64,000 nt of DNA. It comes from Eledone cirrhosa. Lineage: Eukaryota. Positions 1 through 11,922 of the stretch are shown piece after piece; the first letter of the stretch is position 1, and the number at the start of each line of letters is the position of its first letter. The stretch covers positions 101,308,001 through 101,372,000 of the forward strand of contig OZ024742.1 in the NCBI GenBank assembly GCA_964016885.1, given 5' to 3'. The notes below the pieces were generated by a model. That model ran no database searches and was not told the origin of the DNA. It saw nothing but the letters and a program-made list of their open reading frames with translations. Position numbers and translations under genes: made by a program.

Positions 1-527
1 AGTCCAATCTAGTAATATTACGGGGGAGAGACCAACCAAGTAACATTAGAAAGGAGAGTCCAATCTAGTATTAGGTGGGAGAGACCAACCAAGTAACACT
101 AGAAAGGAGAGACTAATCTAGTAATATTAGAAAGGAGAGACCAACCAAGTAACATTAGAAAGGAGAGTCCAATGTAGTAATATTAGGGGGTGGGAGACCA
201 ACCAAGTAACATTAGAAAGGAGAGTCCAATCTAGTATTAGGTGGGAGAGACCAACCAAGTAACACTAGAAAGGAGAGTCCAATCTAGTAATATTAGGAGG
301 AGGGAAAACCAACCAAGTAACATTAGAAAGGAGAATCCAATCTAGTAATATTAGGGGGGAGAGACAACCAAGTAACATTAGAAAGGAGAGTCCAATCTAG
401 TATTAGGTGGGAGAGACCAACCAAGTAACACTAGAAAGGAGAGACTAATCTAGTAATATTAGAAAGGAGAGACCAACCAAGTAACATTAGAAAGGAGAGT
501 CCAATCTAGTAATATTAGGTGGGAGAG
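1..527. repeat. Minisatellite, ~53-58 bp unit x ~9.5, each unit a dimer of related ~28-bp subunits; runs off the window start
   Basis: Repeated AGTCCAATCTAGTAATATTAGG(G/T)GGGAG + AGACCAACCAAGTAACA(T/C)TAGAAAGGAG. Confidence 0.95.
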
Positions 528-641
528 AAAGGGCTTCAGAGCAAGAGGTAAATGATTTCAGGCCAAGCTTTCCAGGGAGTGTTTAGCAACGATGGCTATT
601 GGTGAGTTTTGTAGTTGAATATAAAATGGGATTTTATATAT

Positions 642-1210
642 GGCAAGCACCCTGACGGAATCACTCTCTTCCCATTCGAAGGAGGTAGATCCCTCTTCTG
701 GGACGCCACCTGCTGCGACACATTCTCCGCCTCCAGCTTAATCGCTTCGGCCACAAACGCTTGCATTGCAGAAGAACGTAAAATAAACCAATACCGGGGT
801 TTGTCCAGTCACAGTCGAGACCTCAGGCGTACATGGACCGCGTACTGCCCTACTCCTCCGCAAGATCGGAGTGTCGGCAGCCCATCTGAGGAGGGAGCAC
901 CGTGAGGTTGGATGGCTGTTGCAGCGGGTGTCACTGGCCATCATCCGGGGGAATGCTTTTGCCGTCTTGTCCGTGGGGCGCAGCATTCCCGTCACCTTGC
1001 CCTAGGTCCAAAGCCCAATCCCCCCACCCTCTCTTCTGCGAGACCAGAGCTCTTGCCATCCCCTCCCTTTCCCGTTCTTTTCTTCTTTCTTTCTCTCTCT
1101 TTTTTTCTATACTTTCCTAATCTTTCTTTCCTTTTGTTTCCCCCTTTTTTTCTTTTTTTTTTTCTTACTTAACAAATGTTCTTATAAATTTACGATGAAA
1201 AAAGAAAAAA
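642..1210 (+). mobile_element. 3' fragment of an RLE-type non-LTR retrotransposon (CRE-like): restriction-like endonuclease domain, 3' UTR, A-rich end
   Basis: KHPDGITLFPFEGGRSLFWDATCCDT...AEERKINQY, then after a frameshift PVTVETSGVHG...LLQRVSLAIIRGNAFAVL. This matches the PDG..WD.T..DT / VET.G / QR.SLAI.RGNA C-terminus of CRE-clade elements. A-run at ~1198-1210. Confidence 0.85.
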
Positions 1211-1443
1211 ATGGGATTGCTATGACGATAAATACTGATTGTCAGGAAACAAACACCTATACAAATAAATAAGCTTGAGGATCCAGTTGAATCACCAAGC
1301 GAGACACTAATTAATTAATATATTTCCTTGTTAATTCGTTTACTAATTAAGCTAATTAATTGTTGATGATTGCTCATTGATTGCTGACGATTGCTTCTGA
1401 CTGTGTCCCCCTCCCCCGACCTTTTCGGTATTAAGTAGGCGAC

Positions 1444-1499
<56 letters not shown>

Positions 1500-1628
1500 A
1501 ACAACACTCACAAGCAAATTAACAAAGTAAGTAAATAGATGAGGGTAGTTCTCTTTCCATAAAGAGATGCAGAGTGGGTATATTGAAGAAATAAATTCAG
1601 ACGGCGAGCCGTCGAGATTATACCTCTT

Positions 1629-1697
<69 letters not shown>

Positions 1698-1741
1698 TAT
1701 AAAAAGGAATAGTAGATACAATATACCTATTTTTTCCTTAG

Positions 1742-1830
1742 TCCCGACTGTACAGTTTCGCTGGTCACTATGCAAAAATGTTATCATAGATATGTAACAT
1801 TGTTGTGAGGTAAGCCAGCTTATCAAGAGA
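1742..1830 (-). ncRNA. Decayed type I hammerhead ribozyme
   Basis: Minus strand: TCTC-TTGATAA (CTGATGA with 2 transitions)-GCTGG...CCAGC (stem II)-GAAA-CTGTACAG (palindromic stem III)-TC-GGGA. Confidence 0.65.
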
Positions 1831-2120
1831 GCACCTCAGGGAAGAGCCCTAACTACATACGTCCGTAGCAGGAGGGCTCAAGCGACATGCAAAAGTACAT
1901 GAACTCCAACTACAGCCGGCTATTCCCAGTGAATGTTTTGGTTGCCGACTCTGTGCAAGACATTTTAGATCATTGGCTGGGCTAAAAAGCCACATTCGAT
2001 CGCAGCGCTGTTAGTTGCTATCGTGTGTGTGTGTGTATAGATATGTTTATGTGTGTGCGTGTGTGTGTATATGTATATGTATATTATTATCGTTGTTGTT
2101 GTCGTTATTATTATTGTTGT

Positions 2121-2301
2121 TGGATTGGCAGTATCGGTGGAGGGTCGGACACCATGCTTTCCAGCGTAGTTACGTCCCTTTACGATCTGAGTTCAAATCC
2201 CGCCGAGGTTGACTTTGCCTTTCATCCTTACGGGGTCGATAAAATAAAGTACCAGTAATGCACTGGGTAATTGCTGGCCTTGTGCCTAAAGTAGAAACAG
2301 T
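2121..2301 (+). mobile_element. tRNA-derived SINE with Meta-like central domain (near full length)
   Basis: B-box GAGTTCAAATCCC, then GCCTTTCATCCTTACGGGGTCGATAAAATAAAGTACCAG, ending in a (TTA)n tail; many other copies in the window. Confidence 0.85.
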
Positions 2302-2366
2302 TATTATTATTGTTGTTATTATTATTATTATTATTATTGTTATTAATGTATATGTATGTATATATA

Positions 2367-2451
<85 letters not shown>

Positions 2452-2799
2452 TTTATTTTATTTCATTTTTTTTTTTCCCAAGTGCAATGGCCATACTCGA
2501 TAACGAGGGGGTAGCCATCATCATCATCATATATGTATGATTATGTGTATATATATATATATATGCATGTGTGTGTGTGTGTGTTTGTGTATTTGTGTGT
2601 ATGAATAAAAATATATATCAAAAATGAAAAAATTAGAATACAGTAAAAATAGTAAGTAAGGGGGTGTTATAAAGTAAAACAATAAAGATAAAAATGAATA
2701 TACAAATGTATATTTATATCTGTACGTATATGTGTGTATGTTTTTACTCAAAACTCCGATAAACGCGGTACTCTGAGAAAGAGAAGGGAGTAGAAAGTG

Positions 2800-3039
2800 C
2801 AGAGTAGAAGAGAGAGGGGAACAGAAAAATAAAGAGAGAGAATGTCTATAGGAGGGAAACAGCGACAGAAAGAAAGAGACAAAGAAAAAAGGGGAAGAGA
2901 GAGAGAGAGAAGGCTGTATGAGAGAAGGGACTGGCAAAAAGAGAGAGAAAGAAGAGGCTGTGTGAGAGGGGAAAGAAAGAGAGAGAATGTCTATAGGAGG
3001 GAAACAGCGACAGAAAGAAAGAGACAAAAAAGTAAGCGG

Positions 3040-3109
<70 letters not shown>

Positions 3110-3182
3110 TATGTGAGAGAAGGGACTGGCAAAAAGAGAAAGAAAAAAGAGTCTGTGTGAGAGGGGAAAGAAAGAGAGAGTG
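2800..3182. repeat. GA-rich tandem duplication (~150-bp unit x ~2) with (GA)n
   Basis: GAATGTCTATAGGAGGGAAACAGCGACAGAAAG and GAGAAGGGACTGGCAAAAAGAG each occur twice. Confidence 0.85.
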
Positions 3183-3354
3183 AGACAGTAAGTAACCACA
3201 TGTGAGAAGAGAAGCAGACGACAATATAAAATATTAAACACGATATTAGAAAAATATTTTTGTAAATATGACAATATTTTATATATGCATGCATAGATAA
3301 ATACATACATATGTTTACAGGTATATATATATATGTATTTTATATATACATACA

Positions 3355-3699
3355 TCATCATCATCATCATCATCATTTTACGTCCGCTTTTCCCTGCTTG
3401 CAAGGGTGGGACGGGAACTGATTCTGGCTTGATTTCTACAGCTGGATGCCCTTCCTAACACCAACCTCATTTACAGTGAGTGCTGGGTGCTTTTTTGCCG
3501 TGGCACCTCCACGACCTCTTTGCAGTGGAATGATATGGACACCAGTCCCTATCATCTCATTTCTACAGCTGAGTAAACTGGAGCAATGTGAAATAAAGTG
3601 TCTTGCTCAAGGAAACAACACATCACCCGGTCTGAGAATTGAACTCACAACCTTTCAATTGCAAGGCCAATGCTCTAACCACTAAGCCATGTGCCTCCA
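3355..3699 (-). mobile_element. Full-length tRNA/CORE SINE with RTE-derived 3' tail and (GAT)n end, flanked by a ~47-bp direct repeat
   Basis: Head TGGAGGCACATGGCTTAGTGGTTAGAGC...GAGTTCAATTCTC; CORE-like CCTTGAGCAAGACACTTTATTTCAC...CAGTTTACTCAGCTGTAGAAATG; tail identical to the RTE at 49321-49361; direct repeat 3288-3334 / 3698-3744. Confidence 0.85.
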
Positions 3700-4346
3700 T
3701 GCGTAGATAAATACATACATATGTTTACAGGTATATATATATATATATATCGCCATTTTTCTAATCCTTATGGGACTTTTGCATTCAAAATCATCATAAG
3801 GAGTCCTATAAACAGCAACCAGGTAAATTTCTTTGATTTGTTTCAGATTTATTCAATTACAGATGTTCGATGAGATCGAGTCCCGTTCTGTCTGTGTGTG
3901 TAAAGTATTATAACTTGCGTATTATTCACCCGATATCTTAAAATTTTACACATTGCTAAAGGAGGAGGCGAGATGTTTTTATAAAAGAAACATAACCACT
4001 TTAGATGACGCTGTATATTGTGTATTACAAGACTCTTTTATTAATTAGCACTGATGAACTGTAATACTTCTAGAACCTACAAGGTAGACAAGTATTGTAC
4101 TCAGTAATTTGATTGCCTATTGCCTATATCACGGAATATAGTTGCTGTAAGCGACAATTCCTTAACGACATATACATAACATTTACAGCATTGTGTTACA
4201 CAATTTCTTCTCGGTGATCAGTCAGTTTGTAATGATATTTTCTTTATAGCTCATTGAACATTTGCAGTAGGTTCTGTAGTATATCAGTCTCTGGTTGACA
4301 GTTAATGATTTGTTTCAGATTTATTCAATTACAGATTTTCCATAGA

Positions 4347-7300
4347 ATGCCTCGAAAAAGCAAGAGTCACATTGGAAGAAAAGCAAGATATGATTTTGCT
4401 TTGCGTTCTTTGCGCGCAAGCGAGACAGAAGAACAATGTATGCTACGGCGTGGTCGCAATGCTGCTTCTACTACGATCGCCAGAGCATTACAGACAACTG
4501 AACAAGCAGAACTCTGGCTTGCTCGCAATGCTACTTCTATTTCGAAGGCCAGAGCATTACAAACTGCTGAACAAGCAGAACTCCGGCTTGCTTGCGATGC
4601 TGCTTCAACTTCAAATAGCCATGCTTTAGAGACTGTTGACCAAAGGGCAACAAGGCTTGCGGCTGATTCTCAACGGAAAATGTGTTCTCATGTCTTTCCG
4701 AGGGTTTCTTCCTGTTACTGGTCTAAGAAGTCTTTTCATTACAGCCTCCAAGAGGACTATGCCTCCCACCCACATATCATCATTGGTAGCATGTCAACTG
4801 TTTGCGTCTATTGTAACGCAATGAGGTGGCCAGCAGAATCTACCGGTATATGCTGCTCCAATGGAACGGTTAGATTGCCTCATTTACAAGTCGGTGCCGA
4901 ACCTTTGAATTCTCTGCTGCTTGGAGACCACCCTGATTCTAAACACTTTCTTAGAAATATAAGAGCCTACAATTCGGCTTTCCAAATGACAAGCTTTGGT
5001 AATACACCAATGAAACATGGAAAGTATATGCCCACATTCAAGTGCAAGACCAAATTTACCATCAAATTGGCTCCCTTATTCCACAAGATGGCGATGAACA
5101 CAGTTTTCTCCAGATGTACTTTATGGGGAACGGACCTGAAGAAACTGCACGAAGAGCTTCAGTTGCTAAAGGAACAATACCTTTTCTTCTGCAGCCCCTT
5201 CAATATATGCTTCATACCATAAACCCCTACGTCACCATTTTCAAAACTGCTTTTCAGCGTAGAGATGCTAACACCAATCAATTAAGGTTGTCATTCGAAG
5301 TGACCACGCTCCACCAGAGCAGCATCAGGGTTGCTTTAACAGACCCCAAACCGATGAAGTTGCGGTGCTTATAACAAGTCCTAATAGGAGTGCTTCAAAC
5401 CGTGATATTGTTCTTGAATGGCAGGACTCGCGTCTTCAAAAAATAAATGAACTTCATCCTGCATATGATGCCCTCCAATATCCATTACTGTTCCCCTTTG
5501 GCGATGATGGCTACCGCATTGACTTGCCAAAGTGTAATCTGGTAACTTTAATGTATCTTCAACCACGGAAAACCATTTCACAAATGTAATTTTATGCATT
5601 TAGGCTTATGGTCGCAAAAACGACATCAACATTCTGCATAGAACACGGATGCTCCTCAATCAATACTGTGTAGACGTATTTGCTAAGGTAACTATTTCTT
5701 ATTTTATGATTTCGTTCAGAAAATTTCCTTAGCCAGTTTACTCAATATTTACCACAACAATTTCTTTCTTTTCCATATTGACACTGAACGCCTCCAATGG
5801 ATAAGACACCATAAAATGAAGAATACGGCCATCTACGTGACGAAGTCAACCGAAATGATCAGGTTATTGCTTCGGATGTTGGGATTTCTGTCATTCTCCC
5901 ATCGTCATACACTGGAGGCCCCCGTTACATGCATGAAAAAATGCAGGATGCTCTGACCTATGTCCGCCATTGTGGCCGTCCTGATCTTTTCATCACCTTC
6001 ACATGCAATCCAAAATGGTTTGACATCCAGTCTCACTTACTTCATGGCCAAAATCCTTCACACAGGCATGTTATCACATCTAGAGTGTTTCACCTAAAAC
6101 TTATGAAAATGATGGGTGTTATAAAATACGGACAACTTTTTGGACCAGTAAGGTGTTTCATGTACACCGTAGAATGGTAGAAGAGAGGACCCCCACATGC
6201 CCATATTCTCCTTTGGATTCAAAAAAAGCTCATGTCAACTGGTGTTGATTCTGTTATAAGTGCTGAATTGCCAAATCCCCAAGACGACCCTGTCTTTTTT
6301 CAAATTATAAAAGCCAACATGATCCATGGAGCCACCTAAATCCAAAATCTGCATGGATAATGGGAAATGTACAAAGCGTTACCCACGTAAACTTATCCAT
6401 GAAACCAAAACTGGTGATAATGGCTACCCTTTATACTGTCGCAGGGCACCACAGGAGGGTGGACATACAGCAACTATAACAATGGTTGGTGGTCAAGATT
6501 TCAATATCGACAACCGATGGGTTGTACCACATAACAAGGTGCTTTGTAAAATGTTTTCAGCCCACATTAATGTTGAATTCTGCAACTCCGTAAAATCAAT
6601 CCAATACATCTGCAAGTATGTTAATAAGGGAGCCAATCGAGCAGTTATTGAGTTGGCTAAGACCGATAACGCTGATGCCGCCACAGATGAAGTCACGTTT
6701 TTCCAAACTGGACGGTACATCTCTTCTAACGAGGCATTTTGGCGCATATTCGGTTTTCCGATCCATTAACGTGAACCTGCAGTTATTCACCTCAGCGTTC
6801 ATTTGGAGAATGGTCAACAGGTGTATTTTAACCAAGAAAATATGCTTGACTGTGCAAGAACGACCCTTACCGGATTCTTTGAACGTTGTACTTCTGACTC
6901 TCTTGCCAGAACACTTCTTTATGCGGAGTTGTCTACATTCTATACGTGGAATAAATCTTCCCGCTGTTGGCAAAGAAGAAAGCGAGGATGCATTTAACAA
7001 AGGGATGCTTCGATGCGTGAGTCTGATGCCCCCTCAGTCTGATGCCCTCACAGTTCATCCGCTCAATTCAGAATGCTTTCACCTTCGTCTTCTATTGCAC
7101 GTTGTCAAAGGTCCAACTTCCTTTGAAGACCTTCGTACCGCCAATGCCCATATTTGTTCAACATTTAAAGAGGCCTGCTCCAAATTAGGTCTTCTCGACA
7201 ATGATCACTATAACCACGCCCTCCACGAAGCATCAATGTTGCAGTCACCAATTGCTCTTCGTAAGCTTTTCGCCGTTATGCTGGTGCACTGCAGTCTTGG

Positions 7301-8945
7301 GAATCGACAGTCTTTCTGGGAGAAATATCGCGACAGCATGTGCTTGGACATCCTAATGCAATCTCGCTTCGCGTCCACACACATGAATTTACAGTTTACA
7401 CCTGAAATATACAACTGCGGTCTCATATTTCTAGAAGATATACTTTTGTAAATGGGTGACCGTCTCTTGAAGAACTACTGTATGGAATTCCCTAAAAGAG
7501 AAAATGAGGCTGTTTGTAACCGCCCCCTACTAAGGGAGACAGGCTATGGTGCTGCCAGGCTTCTGTCCTACGTTCAAGAAAGAGAAACACTTTTGAATCT
7601 TGAACAAGCTGATGTCTATACTTTTGTTTTGACCATGTTTGAAGACACCAACGGTGGCAGCCACTTCCTTGATGCGCCAGATGGCACAGGAAAGACATTT
7701 CTCCTCAACCTGCCAAAGTTCGCCAACGTGGACAGATTGCCATTGCAATGGCGTCTTCAGGAATAGCAGCAACACTGCTAGACGGCGGCAGATCAGTCCA
7801 TTCAAAATTTAAGCTTCCTCTTAACATCGGTCATGTTGAAAATCCGACCTCCAATATAAAGAAGAATTCTGATGAGGCTGCTGTCTTTCAAATATGCAAA
7901 TTGATTGTCTGGGATGAGGCAAGAATGTCCCACAAGAGCACTTGATGCAATCAATACAACGCTACAAGACCTGCACTCCAACTCTAAGCCGTTCGGTGGC
8001 GTCGTTCTGCTTCTTGCTGGGGATTTTCGTCAAACACTTCCCATTGTCCCAAAAGGCCAACCAGTTGATGAAATAGATGCTTGCATTAAACATTCTCATC
8101 TTTGGCGCTTCGTCCAGTCGAGAAAGTTAACCATCAACATGCGATCGATTCTCCACCAACAAGACGGTGTCAATTACTTTGCTTCAAAGTTATTGGATGT
8201 TGGTAATGGGAACTTACCAATCGACGTAAACGGTTTGGTTGACATAAGTACCATCGGTAACTACGTCTCCAGTCCTGAGGACATTTGCACAAGAGTTTAC
8301 CCCAACCTCTCAACAAATTACGTCAGTCATCAATGGATGTGTGAAAGGGCCATCTTAGCTCCTACAAATGCCACCGTCCAAGTTCTTAACACATGTCTGC
8401 TTCGTCAACTTCCTTCCCAAGAGCGATGTTATGCTTCGATTGATTCGATTATGGACCCGACACAAGTAACGTTTTAACCAACAGAGTTTTTAAACTCACA
8501 AGAGCCATCGGAAATGCCACCGCATAAACTCTGCCTAAGACTTGGAAGTCCCATCATACTCTTGAGAAACTTGGAACCTCCTCGGCTTTGCAATGGCACA
8601 CGCTTGGTTATAACGCAAATGTTGGATGACGTTCTCGAGGCTACAATCATTACGGGAAAAGGCGCTGGCGACTCTGTTTTTATTTCCCGAGTTACACTTA
8701 TTCCAACTGACTGTGTCTTTCCGATGAAAAGTGTCCAATTCCCCATTCGATTAAGTTTTGCAATGACCATTAACAAAGCCCAGGGGCAGTCACTAAAAGT
8801 GGTTGGGCTGGACCTCAGTATTCCATGCTTTTCACACGGACAACTGTATGTGGGATTTTCAAGAGTTGGAAACTCGGCCATCTCTTTTACTACGCTCCCG
8901 GAAGATTGACAACAAATGTGGTTTACAAGGCAGCCCTCCAAGCAG
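4347..8945 (+). pseudogene. Helitron RepHel (HUH endonuclease + Pif1-family helicase) pseudogene with many stops and frameshifts
   Basis: 23-aa STPR-like repeats; CVYC..CC zinc finger; PDLFITFTCNPKW; EW*KRGPPHAHILLW; YICKYVNKG; Walker A DAPDGTGKT; IVWDEA; LAGDFRQTLP; AMTINKAQGQSL; FSHGQLYVGFSRV. Confidence 0.95.
5688..5776 (+). other. Phase-0 spliceosomal intron (89 nt) within RepHel, acceptor decayed CAG->CAT
   Basis: VDVFAK|GTAACT...TTTCTTTCTTTTCCAT|IDTERLQWIR; removing it restores the motif that is contiguous in Helitron 2 (VDMAAKMESERL). Confidence 0.8.
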
Positions 8946-9461
8946 TTTTTCCGTGGAGTTGAAATCCCCTTCAGGTTGGTCCTTATTGCGATTACTTACT
9001 TTTCACAATAGGTAATATTACTCTTCCAACAAATGGCCATTGATGAAATCAACCATTTTTTCATTTCAATGGACAGCCTTCCACATGCCCCAGGTTATTT
9101 CATAATTCAATTACACATCTAGTTTCTTACAGATTGCTTTCATGTCAACCGAACTGTCGTCTATGCTTTTTGTACCGGTTCTTCAGCTATTCAGTCAATT
9201 AAACGACATTCCAAACGATATTTTCATTTTTCTCTATTTTCTATTTTCGATATTTCTCTATTTTCACATTTTAATGACAGATATCTGTAAATAAAACATG
9301 CTCTTTTTGAATACCGTCTCATTGTTGATTGAAAGATTTGATCACGTAAAATTATCCTCCATGTTAAACATCGACAAGACGGAATTTCACCATTAAGACT
9401 GCAGTCCTACCAAGAACTAACACTGTCCAATGGGCGGGGGCATTTGCTAGTATTATATATA

Positions 9462-9943
9462 TCTCCTTATAATATATAACCAGCAATTTCTCTGTCTGTC
9501 TGTCCGACGCATAGAGAGAGAGTGAGAGTGAAAGAAAGAGACAGACTACAAGAGGGGGGTAGCGGGAGAGAGAGAGACGCTGGAAGAGGGGAAGGAAAGC
9601 TATGTCTTGCTGTCTGCATTACGATACATATATATATACACACACACACTGAGCGCGTCATAATGACGTAATGCAGACAGCCAGACATACAGACAGATAT
9701 TATAAGGGTGCAACGTTATATCTATGTATCTATCTAAAAAGAAAGACTAAGAATTATATAGAGAGAACGGTAAATCGCCTAATGCGGTCCCTAGGGCATT
9801 GAAAATTTGAAATGATTTTCGCTCAAAACACTCACAAGACCATAAGTATTACATGCCTAAAGTTTGAAAACAATCGGTTGGATGGTTCTCAAGTTTTAGT
9901 GAGCTGACAGACAGACAGACATTCTCTGTTTTAGATATATAGA
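9462..9943. mobile_element. Two Helitron 5'-end modules facing each other (9462+ and 9943-)
   Basis: + strand A|TCTCCTTATAATATATAAC...TCTGTCTGTCTGTCC; - strand TCTATATATCTAAAACAGAGAATGTCTGTC; 9665-9943 is homologous to 12545-12830. Confidence 0.7.
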
Positions 9944-9979
9944 CTAGCAGAAAACCGCCCCGGGTGGTTTTCTGCTAGT
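9943..9979. repeat. 37-bp near-perfect palindrome made of two Helitron 3' termini
   Basis: ACTAGCAGAAAACCGCCC-C-GGGTGGTTTTCTGCTAGT (18-bp arms, one mismatch). Confidence 0.9.
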
Positions 9980-11148
9980 ATATATATATAACAGAGGATG
10001 TCTGTCTGTCTGTGTAAATCCCTAAAACTCGAGAAGTACCCGACCGATTTTTTTCAAACTTTACACATGTGTTACTTATATTTCTTGAAGTGCAATGGGC
10101 TAAAGAAAAACACAACTTTTTCTGCCCTACCCGCATTAGGCGAAAGACCACATTCTTTTGGCATTTTTAGGCTTTTTTAAGGCGTAACTTAAAGATAATC
10201 CAGCCGATTTCCTCGAAATTTGCAGCACACATTAGTTAGTCCCTTCGCATTACTGTAGACAAAAAAAAATTCCGATTCCATTAATGGTTTCTAGGAAATT
10301 TACGAATTGGCATTGGCATTACATGCCATTTTCATTTTCAATATAAACGCTACTTAAATATCGTAAGTAGCGTATAATATTTCGTTAAGAATTTGGTTTA
10401 TTTAACAGAGGACAGAACACTTACTTACTTTTAAACAGGACCATTTTCGGGGAATTGAGGAAATGAGGAGGACCTTAAAATTTTTGTCACCGCCCTGTTG
10501 ACGCTTTGTGCTTTCATCACGCGCAAATCCGGGTCCTGTGTACGTTGCCGTGTTATCGACACCGTAAAACTCACGTCTGTGATACTTCTACTAAGACCCC
10601 TTTTGTTGCATCTACACTGCAGTATGAACGCCCTGCGCAAGTACGCCGAACAGCGGTTGTGCTAATTCTGAGGTGACCCCTTTTGTCGCACCTCTGTTGC
10701 TGTGTAAACGCAATGCAACCAGTGCCGCCCAGCGTTTGTGCTAATTGCACTATGACCCCCTTCTGCTGCAGCTGCGTTGCCACGCTGATTTCGTCATCTC
10801 AATATCCCTACTAAAATGTACATCCCTACTTGGTTTTCACACAACTGACTACGTCACTCCTTCAGACTGACGTTTGTTCCCCATCCGTGACGTAATTCGT
10901 GAACAGACTTACGACATACATCGCCCTACAACACTTACTCCTTTCGCATACGGGATTTCCGCAATCAGCCCACTGACACTGCTACTACTGGATTCGGCCT
11001 GCTGGTGTTCTACGTTTCCAGTAGATTAACAATCATTCTCTGACAATAAGGGAATTCAAAAAGTACACAGCTACATTCCTCAATCTTTGCATATGCGTGT
11101 TGCTATCTCACGTTTCCCACCCCGGGCAACGCCGAGTCCTGTTGCTAG
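9979..11148 (+). mobile_element. Non-autonomous Helitron (~1.17 kb)
   Basis: Head TATATAACAGAGGATGTCTGTCTG...CCGATTTTTTTCAAACTTTACAC; tail CCCGGGCAACGCCGAG...GCTAG|T. Confidence 0.85.
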
Positions 11149-11531
11149 TATATATATATATATTCCGCCCATCTCAAGAGAACGTCTTCACGTACTGCCG
11201 TTATGTCTCCCTGTTTTCTAAAGGCAATATTTGATCGTAACTTTTCATAAACATTTACTTCTGTGTCTACAGATTAATTTTTCTAAGTTTCAGAAAAGTC
11301 TGCTTAAGGTGAATGCAGAAATTCTTTACTTAAACTTTGAATCTGTAAGTATCGAGTACTCTGGTGAGTAATGGTCGAACCAGTTTCCAGTTTCTTATTG
11401 TAGCTATCTTTATATGTGTGTGTGTGTGTTATATATATATTTATTTGTAATATCTACACTCTACTCTGATGAATATCGAGTGATAATTTTGGCATACCGC
11501 CTATGGAAGCACCATAGCTACCACTATACAC

Positions 11532-11618
<87 letters not shown>

Positions 11619-11922
11619 TGGAAGTTAGTAAAATCAAAGTTGCAGCACTCGGCCAGCATCCACGAAAGAAACAATATTCTGAAGCTTTGCACGAAGCACT
11701 CAATAAGAAGATATCGAGAAATCGATAAGTTACATGTTAGAGTAATAAACATACGTTAAATAGCGTGACAAATTGAAAACTGTGGTTAAGGGACAAAGCC
11801 ACAGAAGCCACCACAACAACGAAAATACAATCAGGTTAAATAACAAACTTGGACCGTATCGAAGGATATTATACAATATCCTCGATTGGTTTCTGCGAAT
11901 CCAATATATATATATATATATA

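Larger units (their letters stand above)
3870..9450 (+). mobile_element. Helitron 1, near full length and decayed (5' boundary approximate, could extend to ~3750)
   Basis: RepHel coding remnants; 3' end CTGTCC-AAT-GGGCGG hairpin followed by CTAG|T at 9447-9451; 5' TCTGTCTGTGTG...CCGAT...AAATTTTACAC motif shared with the other Helitron heads in the window. Confidence 0.92.

Noticed and set aside
1-527. CRISPR-like array (also considered for 20762-20997)
   Set aside because: No unique spacers, eukaryotic context and no cas genes; these are tandem repeats.
2121-2205. tRNA genes (A/B boxes here and at ~3630-3699, 22250-22312, 23140-23210)
   Set aside because: They are heads of SINEs continuous with SINE bodies; no complete cloverleaf is evident.
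8514-8909. Host PIF1 helicase gene (also 23399-24127)
   Set aside because: Both lie within elements ending in hairpin + CTAG, and the first is continuous with Rep motifs; these are Helitron helicases.
11456-11485. CTGATGA hammerhead seed
   Set aside because: No GAAA or stem III follows; at best a deleted relic. The seeds at ~4050, 7869, 16368, 37032, 43749 and 57326 were rejected for the same reason or because they lie in coding remnants.
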